Part shown: positions 1-9,249 of the stretch, piece after piece
Layout of the letters: each line of letters starts with the position of its first letter
Numbering within the stretch: the first letter of the stretch is position 1
Assembly (NCBI GenBank): GCA_003389385.1
Contig: QQVM01000021.1
Location: 73,920 to 137,919, forward strand
Direction of reading: 5' to 3'
Origin: Bacteroidota bacterium
Lineage (GTDB): Bacteria; Bacteroidota; Bacteroidia; AKYH767-A; 2013-40CM-41-45
DNA: 64,000 nucleotides
Notes under the pieces: generated by a model
What the model was told of the DNA's origin: nothing
Database searches by the model: none
The model's input: the letters and a program-made list of their open reading frames with translations, nothing else
Made by a program: the position numbers and the translations under genes

Positions 1-510
1 TCTTCAATTATTACAGGTGCAGCTTGCACGGGTTCTAAAACACCTCCAATGCCGACGCCTCCGCTGAGATGTACATGCTTCCCTATTTGCGCACAACTTC
101 CGACTGTAGCCCAGGTGTCAACCATGGTGCCTTCATCCACATATGCGCCAATATTCACATAAGATGGCATCATGATTACTCCTTTTGCTAGATAAGCTCC
201 GTACCTGGCAATTCCATGAGGAACCACTCTTACACCCAACTCTTTATAGTTGCTCTTGAGAGGCATTTTATCGTGAAACTCCATTTGTCCTGCATTCCAG
301 CTGGACATGGGTTGTATGGGAAAAAATAATATAACTGCCTTCTTTACCCATTCGTTCACCTGCCATTTGCCGCCAATGGGCTCGGCAACCCTGATTCGTC
401 CTTCGTTCAGTTCAGCGATTACATGGCGAATAGCTTCCTGCACATCAGACTTTTGAAGCAAAGTTCTGTCTTCCCATGCTTTTTCAATCAATTCTTTCAT
501 AATTTGGAAA
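1..510 (-). CDS. dapD: 2,3,4,5-tetrahydropyridine-2,6-dicarboxylate N-succinyltransferase (partial, C-terminus runs off the window start)
   Basis: Reverse-strand translation begins [24 protein letters not shown]... and continues into a hexapeptide-repeat beta-helix region ([36 protein letters not shown]). The ATG is at 510..508. The ORF track does not list it because it is truncated by the window edge. Confidence 0.75.
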
Positions 511-575
511 TTTAAGCAAAGAAAAACTTATCAATTGAAACTATCAACCTGAAACTTGAATTATCTTTGCAAGCC

Positions 576-992
576 ATGCCGAGAATAATGGCTATAGATT
601 ACGGATTAAAGAGGGTTGGTCTTGCTGTGACGGATCCAAACAGGATCATAGCGAGCGCACTGGATACTGTGCCCTCGCATGAAGCGATTTCTTTCATCAG
701 CAATTATTGTGAAAAAGAATCAGTCGAATGTTTTGTGGTTGGTGAGCCAAAACAAATGGATTACACGCCTTCTGAAATAACTCCCCACATCGAAGCATTC
801 ATCAAGCAACTGAAAAAAAAATTTCCAGACATCCGGGTCGAAAGGGTTGATGAGCGCTTCTCTTCTAAAATCGCTGCACAAGCCATTTTGATGAGTGGAG
901 TGAAAAAAATGCAGAGAAGAAACAAGTCACTTGTCGACCAAACCAGCGCCGTAATTCTGCTTCAATCCTGGATGGAAGCTAACTCAAATTGA
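576..992 (+). CDS. ruvX: Holliday-junction resolvase-like protein RuvX/YqgF
   Basis: N-terminus MPRIMAIDYGLKRVGLAVTD matches the YqgF/RuvX RNase H-like fold motif. Length is about 138 aa. The ORF opens at 567, but the internal Met at 576 fits family length better. Confidence 0.7.
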   Translation: MPRIMAIDYGLKRVGLAVTDPNRIIASALDTVPSHEAISFISNYCEKESVECFVVGEPKQMDYTPSEITPHIEAFIKQLKKKFPDIRVERVDERFSSKIAAQAILMSGVKKMQRRNKSLVDQTSAVILLQSWMEANSN

Positions 993-1004
993 ATTAATTA
1001 GTTT

Positions 1005-1562
1005 ATGATTCTTCCCATCGTAGCATACGGAGATCCGGTTTTGAAAAGAAAAGCGGATGAAATTGACAGGGATTACCCGGGCCTTGAAAAGCTGATTGAT
1101 GATATGTTCGAAACCATGTACAACAGCAGTGGAGTCGGTCTTGCCGCACCGCAGATTGGTTTGTCAATTCGTCTGTTTATCATTGATGGCGGACCATTCG
1201 AAGATGATGAAGTCAGCGATTTCAAGCAGGTTTTTATTAACCCGCAGATTTCAGAAGAACAGGGTGATAATTGGAAGTTCAATGAGGGATGTTTGAGTAT
1301 CCCCAATATCAGAGAAGATGTATCCAGAAAGCAGACATTAAAAATTCGTTATTTTGACCGCAACTGGGAACAAAAGGAAGAGGAATACAGCGGACTTGCC
1401 GCAAGAATTATTCAGCATGAATACGATCATATCGAAGGTATTCTTTTTACAGACAGAATATCTCCCTTGCGCAGAAGACTTTTAAAGAATAAGCTTGCAG
1501 ATATTTCTTCTGGAAAAGTAAGTGTTGATTACAAGATGAAATTTCCGCTCTTAAGACGTTGA
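1005..1562 (+). CDS. def: peptide deformylase
   Basis: Three Def motifs are present: GVGLAAPQIG, EGCLSIP and HEYDHIEG (metal-binding HExxH). The gene follows ruvX by 13 nt. Confidence 0.9.
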   Translation: MILPIVAYGDPVLKRKADEIDRDYPGLEKLIDDMFETMYNSSGVGLAAPQIGLSIRLFIIDGGPFEDDEVSDFKQVFINPQISEEQGDNWKFNEGCLSIPNIREDVSRKQTLKIRYFDRNWEQKEEEYSGLAARIIQHEYDHIEGILFTDRISPLRRRLLKNKLADISSGKVSVDYKMKFPLLRR

Positions 1563-1598
1563 ATTTTGATTATTAACAGAAAAACTGAATATTGCAAT

Positions 1599-2159
1599 AT
1601 GCTTACTCGAAATTTGTTAAAACAGACCTTAATTTGCTTCATTGTTTTTTTCACATTCTTCCTTTCAGCATGTAAAGAGAGCAGGGAAAAGATGATTGAA
1701 AAAATAATTGCCGGTGAGGCGAAGTTGTTCGGAACAGTATCTCCGCAATTGAATGACTCACTGGCAAAATCTGTTTTCGACAGCTATATGAACTATGCTG
1801 ATTCTTATAGTCAGGATTCAATGAGCGCAGAGTATCTCTTTAAAGCTGCTGACCTTTCACTTGGAATGAAAAATCCTGAAAAATCCATAGAACTTTTGCA
1901 GAGAATTACTGTCGAATACCCGGAACATTTTAAAACTCCCATGGCTGCTTTCATGATCGGCTTTGTCTATGAAACAGGCTTAAATGACAAGGAAAAAGCC
2001 AAGGTGCATTACAAGCAATTCGTTGAAAAGTACCCTGATGATAAACTTGCCGGTGCCGCTCAGGCATCCTATGAGCAAATTGAATCGGGCTTGAGTGATG
2101 AAGAGTTGATACAAATGTTCGAAAGGCAACAGGATACCACCGTCAGTGGTGCTATGTAA
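1599..2159 (+). CDS. hypothetical lipoprotein (helical/TPR-like)
   Basis: The ORF opens at 1566. The internal Met at 1599 gives a good lipoprotein signal MLTRNLLKQTLICFIVFFTFFLSAC with an LSAC lipobox. The rest is predicted helical. No family recognised. Confidence 0.5.
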   Translation: MLTRNLLKQTLICFIVFFTFFLSACKESREKMIEKIIAGEAKLFGTVSPQLNDSLAKSVFDSYMNYADSYSQDSMSAEYLFKAADLSLGMKNPEKSIELLQRITVEYPEHFKTPMAAFMIGFVYETGLNDKEKAKVHYKQFVEKYPDDKLAGAAQASYEQIESGLSDEELIQMFERQQDTTVSGAM

Positions 2160-2165
2160 GCTGAA

Positions 2166-2972
2166 TCACTTTCCCGCTGAAAATTCTTCTTTCAGCCTTC
2201 GTTCAAGTTCATCCACACTTACATTGACTTGAATCTGGCCTTCCTTTACAATGGAGATTTCTCCGGTTTCTTCTGATACCACAATTGCTATCGCGTCACT
2301 TTGTTCGGTGATGCCAATTGCAGCTCTGTGACGCATTCCCAGATGCCCGGGAAGTTCCACATTCTCAGTCACCGGCAATACGCATCTTGCTGCTTTTATT
2401 TTATTATTGACGACAATGATTGCTCCGTCATGCAAGGGTGAATTCTTAAAGAAAATACTTTCGATAAGACGCTGTGAAATTTCTGCATCCATCAGGTCGC
2501 CGGTGTTGGAGTAATACTTCAGTTCGGAAGATTTGGCAATTACTATGATGGCGCCTGTACGGTTCTTCGACATCTGCCTGCAGGCTTTTACAATTGCGCT
2601 AATGTTCAAAGGTGTTCCAGAAGTTGATTGCCAGTTCCAGGGAAGAATCTGCTTTGTAAAAGTGTTTTTAGAAAGAAGATTATTGGTGCCAAGAACGATG
2701 AGGAATCTTCTTACTTCCTGCTGAAAGACAATGATAAGTGCTATAAATCCCAGGCTGATAAACTGCCCCAGTATGGTGCCTAAAAGTTCCATGCTGAGTA
2801 TCTTCACAAAAATCCAGTACAAGGCATAAACAGTCAGCAAGCCAATGAAAATATTAATGGCCACTCCGCCGCGTAACAAGTTGTATAATTTGTAAAGCAG
2901 GAATGTGACAATGAGGATGTCGATCAGATCGATTAGTCTGATTGTGAGAAATCCTATTTGAAAAAGATCCAT
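2166..2972 (-). CDS. cdaA: diadenylate cyclase CdaA (DisA_N/DAC domain, membrane-anchored)
   Basis: N-terminal transmembrane helices followed by a DAC domain with HDGAIIV, RHRAAIGITEQSDAIAIVVSEETG. It lies downstream of folP on the same strand, a conserved folP-cdaA arrangement in Bacteroidota. Confidence 0.8.
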   Translation of the reverse strand: MDLFQIGFLTIRLIDLIDILIVTFLLYKLYNLLRGGVAINIFIGLLTVYALYWIFVKILSMELLGTILGQFISLGFIALIIVFQQEVRRFLIVLGTNNLLSKNTFTKQILPWNWQSTSGTPLNISAIVKACRQMSKNRTGAIIVIAKSSELKYYSNTGDLMDAEISQRLIESIFFKNSPLHDGAIIVVNNKIKAARCVLPVTENVELPGHLGMRHRAAIGITEQSDAIAIVVSEETGEISIVKEGQIQVNVSVDELERRLKEEFSAGK

Positions 2973-3034
2973 TTTTTGTCTTATTCCCTCAACAAAGTAT
3001 GAGGAATGATGAGATTTTCAAAAATAAGAGAAAT

Positions 3035-3868
3035 TCAGGCTACTTGTGTTTTCATGTAAATTTTAATTGCATCCCTAGCCTCTCTCACATCATGAACACG
3101 CAGAAGTTTCGCACCTTTCATCAGTGCAATTGTATTGGCTGCCGTGGTTCCGTTTAATGTTTCTTCAGTATTGCATTCCAGTAATTTGCTGATCATTGAC
3201 TTCCTGGAAATTCCAGCGAGCAATGGACGGTCGAATAATGCAAAATAGTCCAACATGCCAAGAAGTTTGTAGTTATGTTCCAGAGTTTTTCCAAAACCAA
3301 ATCCAGGATCCAGAATTATATCATGCATACCGTAGTCTGAAAGCAAGTCAAGTTTCTCCCTGAAAAACTCAGTTACGTCATTGATCACATCAGTATACAC
3401 AGGAGCCTTTTGCATTGTTTCAGGAATTCCTCTCATGTGCATGAGTATATAGGGACATCTAAGATCGGCAGCAGTTTCAAACATTGCCGGGTCAAATGAT
3501 CCGGCTGATATATCGTTTATCATACAGGCCCCACTATCAACTGCTTTTCTTGCCACGCTTGAATGATAAGTATCTATAGAAATGTATATTTCCGGAAATG
3601 ACTTGGTTAGCGCCTTCAGAACAGGTTCAATCCTTTTCCATTCCTCGTCAGCTTCAATCCGGTGTGAACCTGGCCTGGTCGATTGTCCGCCTATGTCAAT
3701 GAATGTGGCGCCTTCCTTGAGCATTTTTTCTGTCTGTATGACTGCATCTTCGATCAAACTGTATCTGCCACCGTCAAAGAATGAATCCGGACTGAGATTG
3801 AGTATCCCCATTATCTGTGGTGTTGATAAATCCACCAGCCGTCCAAGGCAGTTTAAGGTATTCTTCAT
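3035..3868 (-). CDS. folP: dihydropteroate synthase
   Basis: Pterin-binding motifs GILNLSPDSFFDGG and DIGGQSTRPG. Length 277 aa. Confidence 0.9.
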   Translation of the reverse strand: MKNTLNCLGRLVDLSTPQIMGILNLSPDSFFDGGRYSLIEDAVIQTEKMLKEGATFIDIGGQSTRPGSHRIEADEEWKRIEPVLKALTKSFPEIYISIDTYHSSVARKAVDSGACMINDISAGSFDPAMFETAADLRCPYILMHMRGIPETMQKAPVYTDVINDVTEFFREKLDLLSDYGMHDIILDPGFGFGKTLEHNYKLLGMLDYFALFDRPLLAGISRKSMISKLLECNTEETLNGTTAANTIALMKGAKLLRVHDVREARDAIKIYMKTQVA

Positions 3869-3956
3869 TTGAAAGTATGTATATTCGGCCCTTGATTTTT
3901 ACAGACAAATATATATTCTGCAACAGTAGATTTACCAATGTTAAGGACCGATTTTA

Positions 3957-4547
3957 ATGAATCATACCGCTGACCATCCAATTTCAGCTAAACGCATGAA
4001 TCCTTCTGAAACCCTACGGCAATATGATCAGGTGATCCTGAAATGCAAGGATATTTTTGTAAAAAAAATGACTGATTACGGCACCGCATGGCGAGTGCTC
4101 CGGCTTAGTTCAATCACAGACCAAATCATGATAAAGGCACATAGAATTCGAAGCATCGAAGAAAAAGGTGTCCGTAAAGTGAATGAAGGAATAGATTCCG
4201 AATATATTGGAATTATAAATTATTGCGTCATCGCATTGATTCAGCTTGAGCTCGGGGTTAGTGATGAAGCGGAAATTTCAAAAGCTGAAGTCATCCGGCA
4301 TTTTGATACGCACACATCTGAATCGAAATCACTCATGTCAGATAAAAATCATGATTACGGTGAAGCATGGAGAGGAATGAGGACCAGTTCAATGACAGAT
4401 TTAATTCTCATGAAGCTGCTGCGAATCAAACAGATTGAAGACAATAAGGGTGAAACACTGATCAGCGAAGGGATCAGTGCCAATTATTATGATATTATCA
4501 ATTACTCTGTTTTTGCTTTGATCAAAATTACTGAAGAAAAAAACTAA
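3957..4547 (+). CDS. DUF1599-like protein with internal tandem duplication
   Basis: Two about 85-aa repeats are visible: TDYGTAWRVLRLSSITDQIMIKAHRIRSIEE...IINYCVIALIQLE and HDYGEAWRGMRTSSMTDLILMKLLRIKQIED...IINYSVFALIKITE. It is divergent from folP. Confidence 0.55.
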   Translation: MNHTADHPISAKRMNPSETLRQYDQVILKCKDIFVKKMTDYGTAWRVLRLSSITDQIMIKAHRIRSIEEKGVRKVNEGIDSEYIGIINYCVIALIQLELGVSDEAEISKAEVIRHFDTHTSESKSLMSDKNHDYGEAWRGMRTSSMTDLILMKLLRIKQIEDNKGETLISEGISANYYDIINYSVFALIKITEEKN

Positions 4548-4561
4548 AGAATATTCATCAG

Positions 4562-5677
4562 ATGAAATTAATTGCACAAATATCAAGAGTTTTAGTAGGA
4601 GTATTATTCATTATATCAGGACTCATCAAAGCTAATGATCCTTTAGGGTTTTCTTACAAGCTAGATGAGTACTTTCAGGTTTTCGGAATGCCCTGGCTGA
4701 GTTTTACTTCACTTGCACTAGCAATCGCCATATGCGCTTTTGAAATCGGTTTAGGAGTTGCACTTCTGCTGGGCGCCAGAATGGTGCATACGACCTGGTC
4801 TCTTCTGATTATGATTGTGTTTTTTACTTTCCTGACTTTCTACAGTTGGAAGTTTGACGTAGTCAAGGATTGTGGCTGTTTCGGAGATGCACTAAAACTT
4901 ACGCCATTTGAATCTTTCATGAAAGATGTGGTGTTACTCATCCTGATACTATTTATTTTCTTCAAAAGGCATGAAATCAAGCCTCTATTTGGAGAAAAAC
5001 CTTCATTGTATCTCGCATACGCGGGCTTTGCTGCATCACTTTTCTTTTCGATTTACTGTTACAGGCATCTTCCTGTGGTTGATTTCAGGCCATATGCTGT
5101 AGGTGAAAACATCAGGCAGGGTATGACACTTCCTCCGGATGCAGTGCGTGACAGTGTAGTGATGGTGTTTATATATGAAAAGGACGGAAAGCAAATTGAG
5201 TTGGATATGGAAGGAATCAAGAGTATTGATGAAACTTATAAGTTCATTGACAGGAAGGATAAAGTAGTCAGGGAAGGGGATAAGCCTAAAATTGCTGACT
5301 TCAGCATTGTGGATGCTGATGGAAATGATATGACAGACGATGTTCTGGATCTGGATGCAGTTTTCCTCCTGGTCGCTTATGATATCAATAAAACTGATAA
5401 GGCTGTTCAAAATCATATCAATGATTTTGTCGCCTTGTCAACAGAAAATAAAATTCCATTTATCGGTCTTACTGCATCAGCTGATAAGGAAGTGCAGGCT
5501 TTTCGTCATGAACACAATTCCATGTTCGATTATTACAATGCTGATGCAACAGCACTCAAAACAATGATCAGGTCAAACCCTGGATTGATGCTCCTCAGGA
5601 AAGGAACAGTAAAAGCAATGTGGCACCACAATGATTTTCCTTCTTTCGATGAAGTAAAAAAAGAGCATTTCAACTAA
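4562..5677 (+). CDS. DoxX/MauE-like membrane protein fused to a C-terminal thioredoxin-fold-like domain
   Basis: The N-terminal about 140 aa are hydrophobic with a DCGCFGDA motif typical of the DoxX/MauE family. The C-terminal about 200 aa are a soluble alpha/beta domain (FSIVDADGNDM...GLTASADKE). No CxxC was seen in the C-domain. Confidence 0.5.
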   Translation: MKLIAQISRVLVGVLFIISGLIKANDPLGFSYKLDEYFQVFGMPWLSFTSLALAIAICAFEIGLGVALLLGARMVHTTWSLLIMIVFFTFLTFYSWKFDVVKDCGCFGDALKLTPFESFMKDVVLLILILFIFFKRHEIKPLFGEKPSLYLAYAGFAASLFFSIYCYRHLPVVDFRPYAVGENIRQGMTLPPDAVRDSVVMVFIYEKDGKQIELDMEGIKSIDETYKFIDRKDKVVREGDKPKIADFSIVDADGNDMTDDVLDLDAVFLLVAYDINKTDKAVQNHINDFVALSTENKIPFIGLTASADKEVQAFRHEHNSMFDYYNADATALKTMIRSNPGLMLLRKGTVKAMWHHNDFPSFDEVKKEHFN

Positions 5678-6385
5678 TCAATCATTCACCTGGATTTTTT
5701 CAAAAAAATTCCATATAACGTCGTCAGGAACACGAGCAGTCAGACTGATAATCTCTTTCTTTACCGGGTGAAGAAATTCTGTTCTTCGGCTGTGAAGATG
5801 AATTGATCCGTCCTCATTGCTTCTGTCATACCCGTACTTAACATCTCCTTTTATCGGACAACCCATTGTCGACAATTGCACTCTTATCTGATGATGCCTT
5901 CCTGTGAGAGGATTGACTTCTAGTAAGAAATAATTGTCTGATTTCGCCAGAACTTTGTAGTCCAGCCAGCAACGCTGCGAACCAGGAACTTCGTGATCGT
6001 ATGCCCTGCTTTTATTTTTCTTTTCGTCTTTTACAAGGTAATGGATCAGTGTGCCATGTTCCTCAGGTGGAGGGTTTTTTACTACCGCCCAGTAAATTTT
6101 ATTCACTTTCTTTTCCCTGAAAAGTTCATTCATCCTGCTTAAAGCCTTACTCGTTCGTGCAAACAGAACCACACCACTCACAGGCCTGTCAAGGCGGTGC
6201 ACAACACCCAGAAATACCTCGCCAGGCTTAGCATACTTTTTCTTGATATAGGATTTTATCATTTCACTGAGGGGTTCATCGCCGGTTTTGTCTCCCTGGA
6301 CAATGTCGCCGCTGCGTTTATTCACAGCAATCAGGTGATTATCCTCATACAGGATCTGTGGTACATGTTCCATTCTGACCTGCAA
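5678..6385 (-). CDS. RluA-family pseudouridine synthase
   Basis: Catalytic motif HRLDRPVSGVVLFARTSKA. The N-terminal ILYEDNHLIAVNKRSG is typical of the RluA/RluC/RluD family. Confidence 0.8.
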   Translation of the reverse strand: MQVRMEHVPQILYEDNHLIAVNKRSGDIVQGDKTGDEPLSEMIKSYIKKKYAKPGEVFLGVVHRLDRPVSGVVLFARTSKALSRMNELFREKKVNKIYWAVVKNPPPEEHGTLIHYLVKDEKKNKSRAYDHEVPGSQRCWLDYKVLAKSDNYFLLEVNPLTGRHHQIRVQLSTMGCPIKGDVKYGYDRSNEDGSIHLHSRRTEFLHPVKKEIISLTARVPDDVIWNFFEKIQVND

Positions 6386-6387
6386 TC

Positions 6388-7206
6388 TTAGTACTGTTCC
6401 TTTTCATTAGGGAAGTCCCTGCTTTTTACATCCTGAATGTAACGTTCTGTCGCTGACTTGATATCGTCATATAGATTGAGATAGCGTCTCAGGAATCGAG
6501 GATTGAATTCATGTGTGATTCCCAGCATGTCATGCAGAACAAGAACCTGTCCGTCTACACCTGCACCTGCACCAATGCCAATAAAAGGTATTTTTATCTC
6601 AGTTGATACCTGTTCTGCAAGAGAAGCTGGTATTTTCTCCAGCACAACAGCAAAGCATCCGACATCAGCAAGCAGGTGAGCATCTTCAATAAGTCTTTCG
6701 GCTTCAGATTTCTCTTTGGCCCTCACTACGTATGTACCAAACTTGTATATTGATTGTGGCGTGAGTCCGAGATGACCCATCACCGGCACTCCGGCGGAAA
6801 GAATACGTTCTATTGAATCTTTGATTTCCAGTCCTCCTTCCAGTTTCACGGCATGTGCGCCAGACTCTTTCATGATTTTGATCGAGGAGTTAAGCGCCTC
6901 CTTGCTGTTCCCTTGGTAGCTACCAAACGGCAGATCAACTACTACCAGCGCTCTTTTCACTGCTCTTACTACTGAAGAGGCATGATATATCATTTGGTCC
7001 AGTGTAATTGGCAGAGTGGTCTCATGACCTGCCATGACATTAGATGCAGAGTCACCTACCAGGATAACATCAATTCCTGCATCATCTAGGATGCGGGCAG
7101 TAGAATAGTCATAAGCAGTGAGCATGCTGATTTTCTCTCCACGCTTCTTCATTTCCTGAAGTGTATGGGTAGTTACTTTCTTGTCTTCGGATTTTGCTAC
7201 GCTCAT
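6388..7206 (-). CDS. panB: 3-methyl-2-oxobutanoate hydroxymethyltransferase
   Basis: [48 protein letters not shown] is a strongly conserved PanB N-terminal core. Confidence 0.9.
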   Translation of the reverse strand: MSVAKSEDKKVTTHTLQEMKKRGEKISMLTAYDYSTARILDDAGIDVILVGDSASNVMAGHETTLPITLDQMIYHASSVVRAVKRALVVVDLPFGSYQGNSKEALNSSIKIMKESGAHAVKLEGGLEIKDSIERILSAGVPVMGHLGLTPQSIYKFGTYVVRAKEKSEAERLIEDAHLLADVGCFAVVLEKIPASLAEQVSTEIKIPFIGIGAGAGVDGQVLVLHDMLGITHEFNPRFLRRYLNLYDDIKSATERYIQDVKSRDFPNEKEQY

Positions 7207-7247
7207 GTTATTATGTTTTTATTTCGAGAGATTTTTACAAATCACAT

Positions 7248-8042
7248 TCATTTTTTCACCTTCTGCTTTTTCAATTCTGTTCTCAATTGTCTTATAGTGT
7301 CCTTAAGCAGTGCATTTTCTTTGATCAATTGTTCAATTGTTTTTCCTTCTTCGCCTGTTTCAGTCTGTGTTTCCCTGCTTTTGCGTAAATGCTGGGGAGT
7401 TGAAAAGATATTCAGATACTCAACTGTGAATTTGCTTGAAGGACCGGTAAAGAAACCTATATTGCCTCCTTTGTAGGCAAGTTCAGTGAATGAAAGCAAA
7501 TATTTTCCATTGATGAGCAAATCATAGTTTCTTTCATGCGTCCGTACAGTAATCAGATTTCCGCTTCCTGCAGGATTAAGCATGTCAGAATTTACCCAGC
7601 CGTTATTCTTTAATCCACCTGAGAGAATTTTAAAGTTAATCCCAACAAGCTGCTTCAGCCGGTATTGTTTGCTTGCATTTATCTCAAATACGAAAGCGCC
7701 ACTGCCATCTTCCTGTGCCATGAAAATGATTCCTGCGCCGGATTCCGGTAAGTTACATTGCTGAACCTTAATCTCGCAATTTAATTCATATGAGTTCAGT
7801 ACATTTTTCCACTGCGGGAAAATGCTGTACGGACTGTTCTGATTCTTGCGCTGAATCAGATAGGCCCCGTTTTGGATGATGAAAAGATTGTCTCCGGAAG
7901 AAACCGTTTTCCAGTTGCCGTTGTCTGTTAGAAAGGAATCTGAATAAGCAGGCTCCGTAAAATTTTCTTTTACAAGTTGTGCCTTTGAATAAGTTAAAGT
8001 TGCCAGAAGGCAAAGAATGGCGAAAACTGCTTTTCCGGTCAT
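7248..8042 (-). CDS. hypothetical secreted protein with a basic coiled-coil tail
   Basis: Signal peptide MTGKAVFAILCLLATLTYSKAQ, then a beta-rich body, then a C-terminal EQLIKENALLKDTIRQLRTELKKQKVKK. The overlapping 90-aa ORF 7786..8058 is rejected as a shadow ORF. Confidence 0.5.
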   Translation of the reverse strand: MTGKAVFAILCLLATLTYSKAQLVKENFTEPAYSDSFLTDNGNWKTVSSGDNLFIIQNGAYLIQRKNQNSPYSIFPQWKNVLNSYELNCEIKVQQCNLPESGAGIIFMAQEDGSGAFVFEINASKQYRLKQLVGINFKILSGGLKNNGWVNSDMLNPAGSGNLITVRTHERNYDLLINGKYLLSFTELAYKGGNIGFFTGPSSKFTVEYLNIFSTPQHLRKSRETQTETGEEGKTIEQLIKENALLKDTIRQLRTELKKQKVKK

Positions 8043-8097
8043 TGATTTGTAAATTCACTTAAAACTGCTGCGATCAAAGCTACAAATTCCTGTTTAT

Positions 8098-9120
8098 ATG
8101 TCTAAAAAATATAGATTTGTACCCGTGAAATTGCACCATCTGCTCACTCTCTTCCTTTGCCTTGCTTTAAACGCATGCGATACTGATTTTGAAATCAACG
8201 CACCATACAAGGAAACAATGGTCATTTATGGTTTGCTCAATTCTCAGGATTCTGTTCAGCATGTGAGAATCAGCAAAGGATTTCTCGGCGAAGGAAATGC
8301 GCTCATTATGGCCGGAGAAAGTGACTCGATTAATTACGCAAATGTGCTTGAGGTAAAACTTGAAAGAGTGCAGGCAGGGAGCGTAATTCAGACTTTCACA
8401 ATGACAAGAGATGAGAGCATCCCCAAAGATGACGGACTTTTTGCTTCTCCATTTCAGGTATTTTATAAAAGCAATCAGCCGATTCTTGCTGATGGGAGCA
8501 TGTACAGATTGGTTGTCAGAAATACCGAAAGCGGTAATGTCGCAAGTTCACTAACAAGAATTGTCGGTGATATTTCTATAGAACATCCTGTGGGACAGGA
8601 AGCCGATTTTTCTACGCCATTTTTTACGACCGCTGATTTTCGGCCGGGGGCTAATTCAAAGACTTTTGACATGGCAATCAGGTTTCATTTTACTGAAAAT
8701 GACAGTACCGGATTCATCCAGCAGAAGTATGTGGATTGGAATTTCGCTGAGCAAGTGGCAAGCCAGGTAAACAATGCACTTGTGGAATTCAGATATTTCA
8801 GACCTAAATTTTTTGAAAACCTGGGCGCGAATCTTAGCCCTCAAGCAGGAATCACAAGAAGGGTGGATAATTTGCTGCCAGGTTATAAACCCGTGGAGTT
8901 TAGGTTTATTGTAGGATCAGAGGATTTACATATTTACAATCAACTCACTCAACCAGGAAGCGGTCTTACTCTGGACAAGCCTGTATTCACTACCATTGAA
9001 AATGGGATTGGACTGTTCAGCAGCCGGCTTATTAAAAGTCGTTTTTTTGATCTCAAGGCTGAAACAAAAGCCGCATTCGATACAAGTGCTTTTACCAGAA
9101 ATTTGAACTTTCAATTCTGA
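8098..9120 (+). CDS. hypothetical lipoprotein (possibly DUF4249-like)
   Basis: Signal peptide with lipobox LALNAC. It is Bacteroidota-style beta-rich and has no catalytic motif. The family guess is unverified. Confidence 0.45.
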   Translation: MSKKYRFVPVKLHHLLTLFLCLALNACDTDFEINAPYKETMVIYGLLNSQDSVQHVRISKGFLGEGNALIMAGESDSINYANVLEVKLERVQAGSVIQTFTMTRDESIPKDDGLFASPFQVFYKSNQPILADGSMYRLVVRNTESGNVASSLTRIVGDISIEHPVGQEADFSTPFFTTADFRPGANSKTFDMAIRFHFTENDSTGFIQQKYVDWNFAEQVASQVNNALVEFRYFRPKFFENLGANLSPQAGITRRVDNLLPGYKPVEFRFIVGSEDLHIYNQLTQPGSGLTLDKPVFTTIENGIGLFSSRLIKSRFFDLKAETKAAFDTSAFTRNLNFQF

Positions 9121-9249
9121 AAAGTGCCTCATTGACATTGATTTTTATAAAATTTTCGTGGACTGCCATTTTTTCCTGTTTTCTGCCAATGGCACAATCA
9201 TTGACAATTTGTGGCAAAAATTGATAAAAACACTTAAAAATTAAATATA

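Noticed and set aside
7786-8058. 90-aa minus-strand ORF overlapping the 264-aa secreted-protein ORF
   Set aside because: It lies in a different frame entirely within or overlapping a longer, signal-peptide-bearing ORF. It is Arg/Phe-rich and low-complexity, typical of a shadow ORF.
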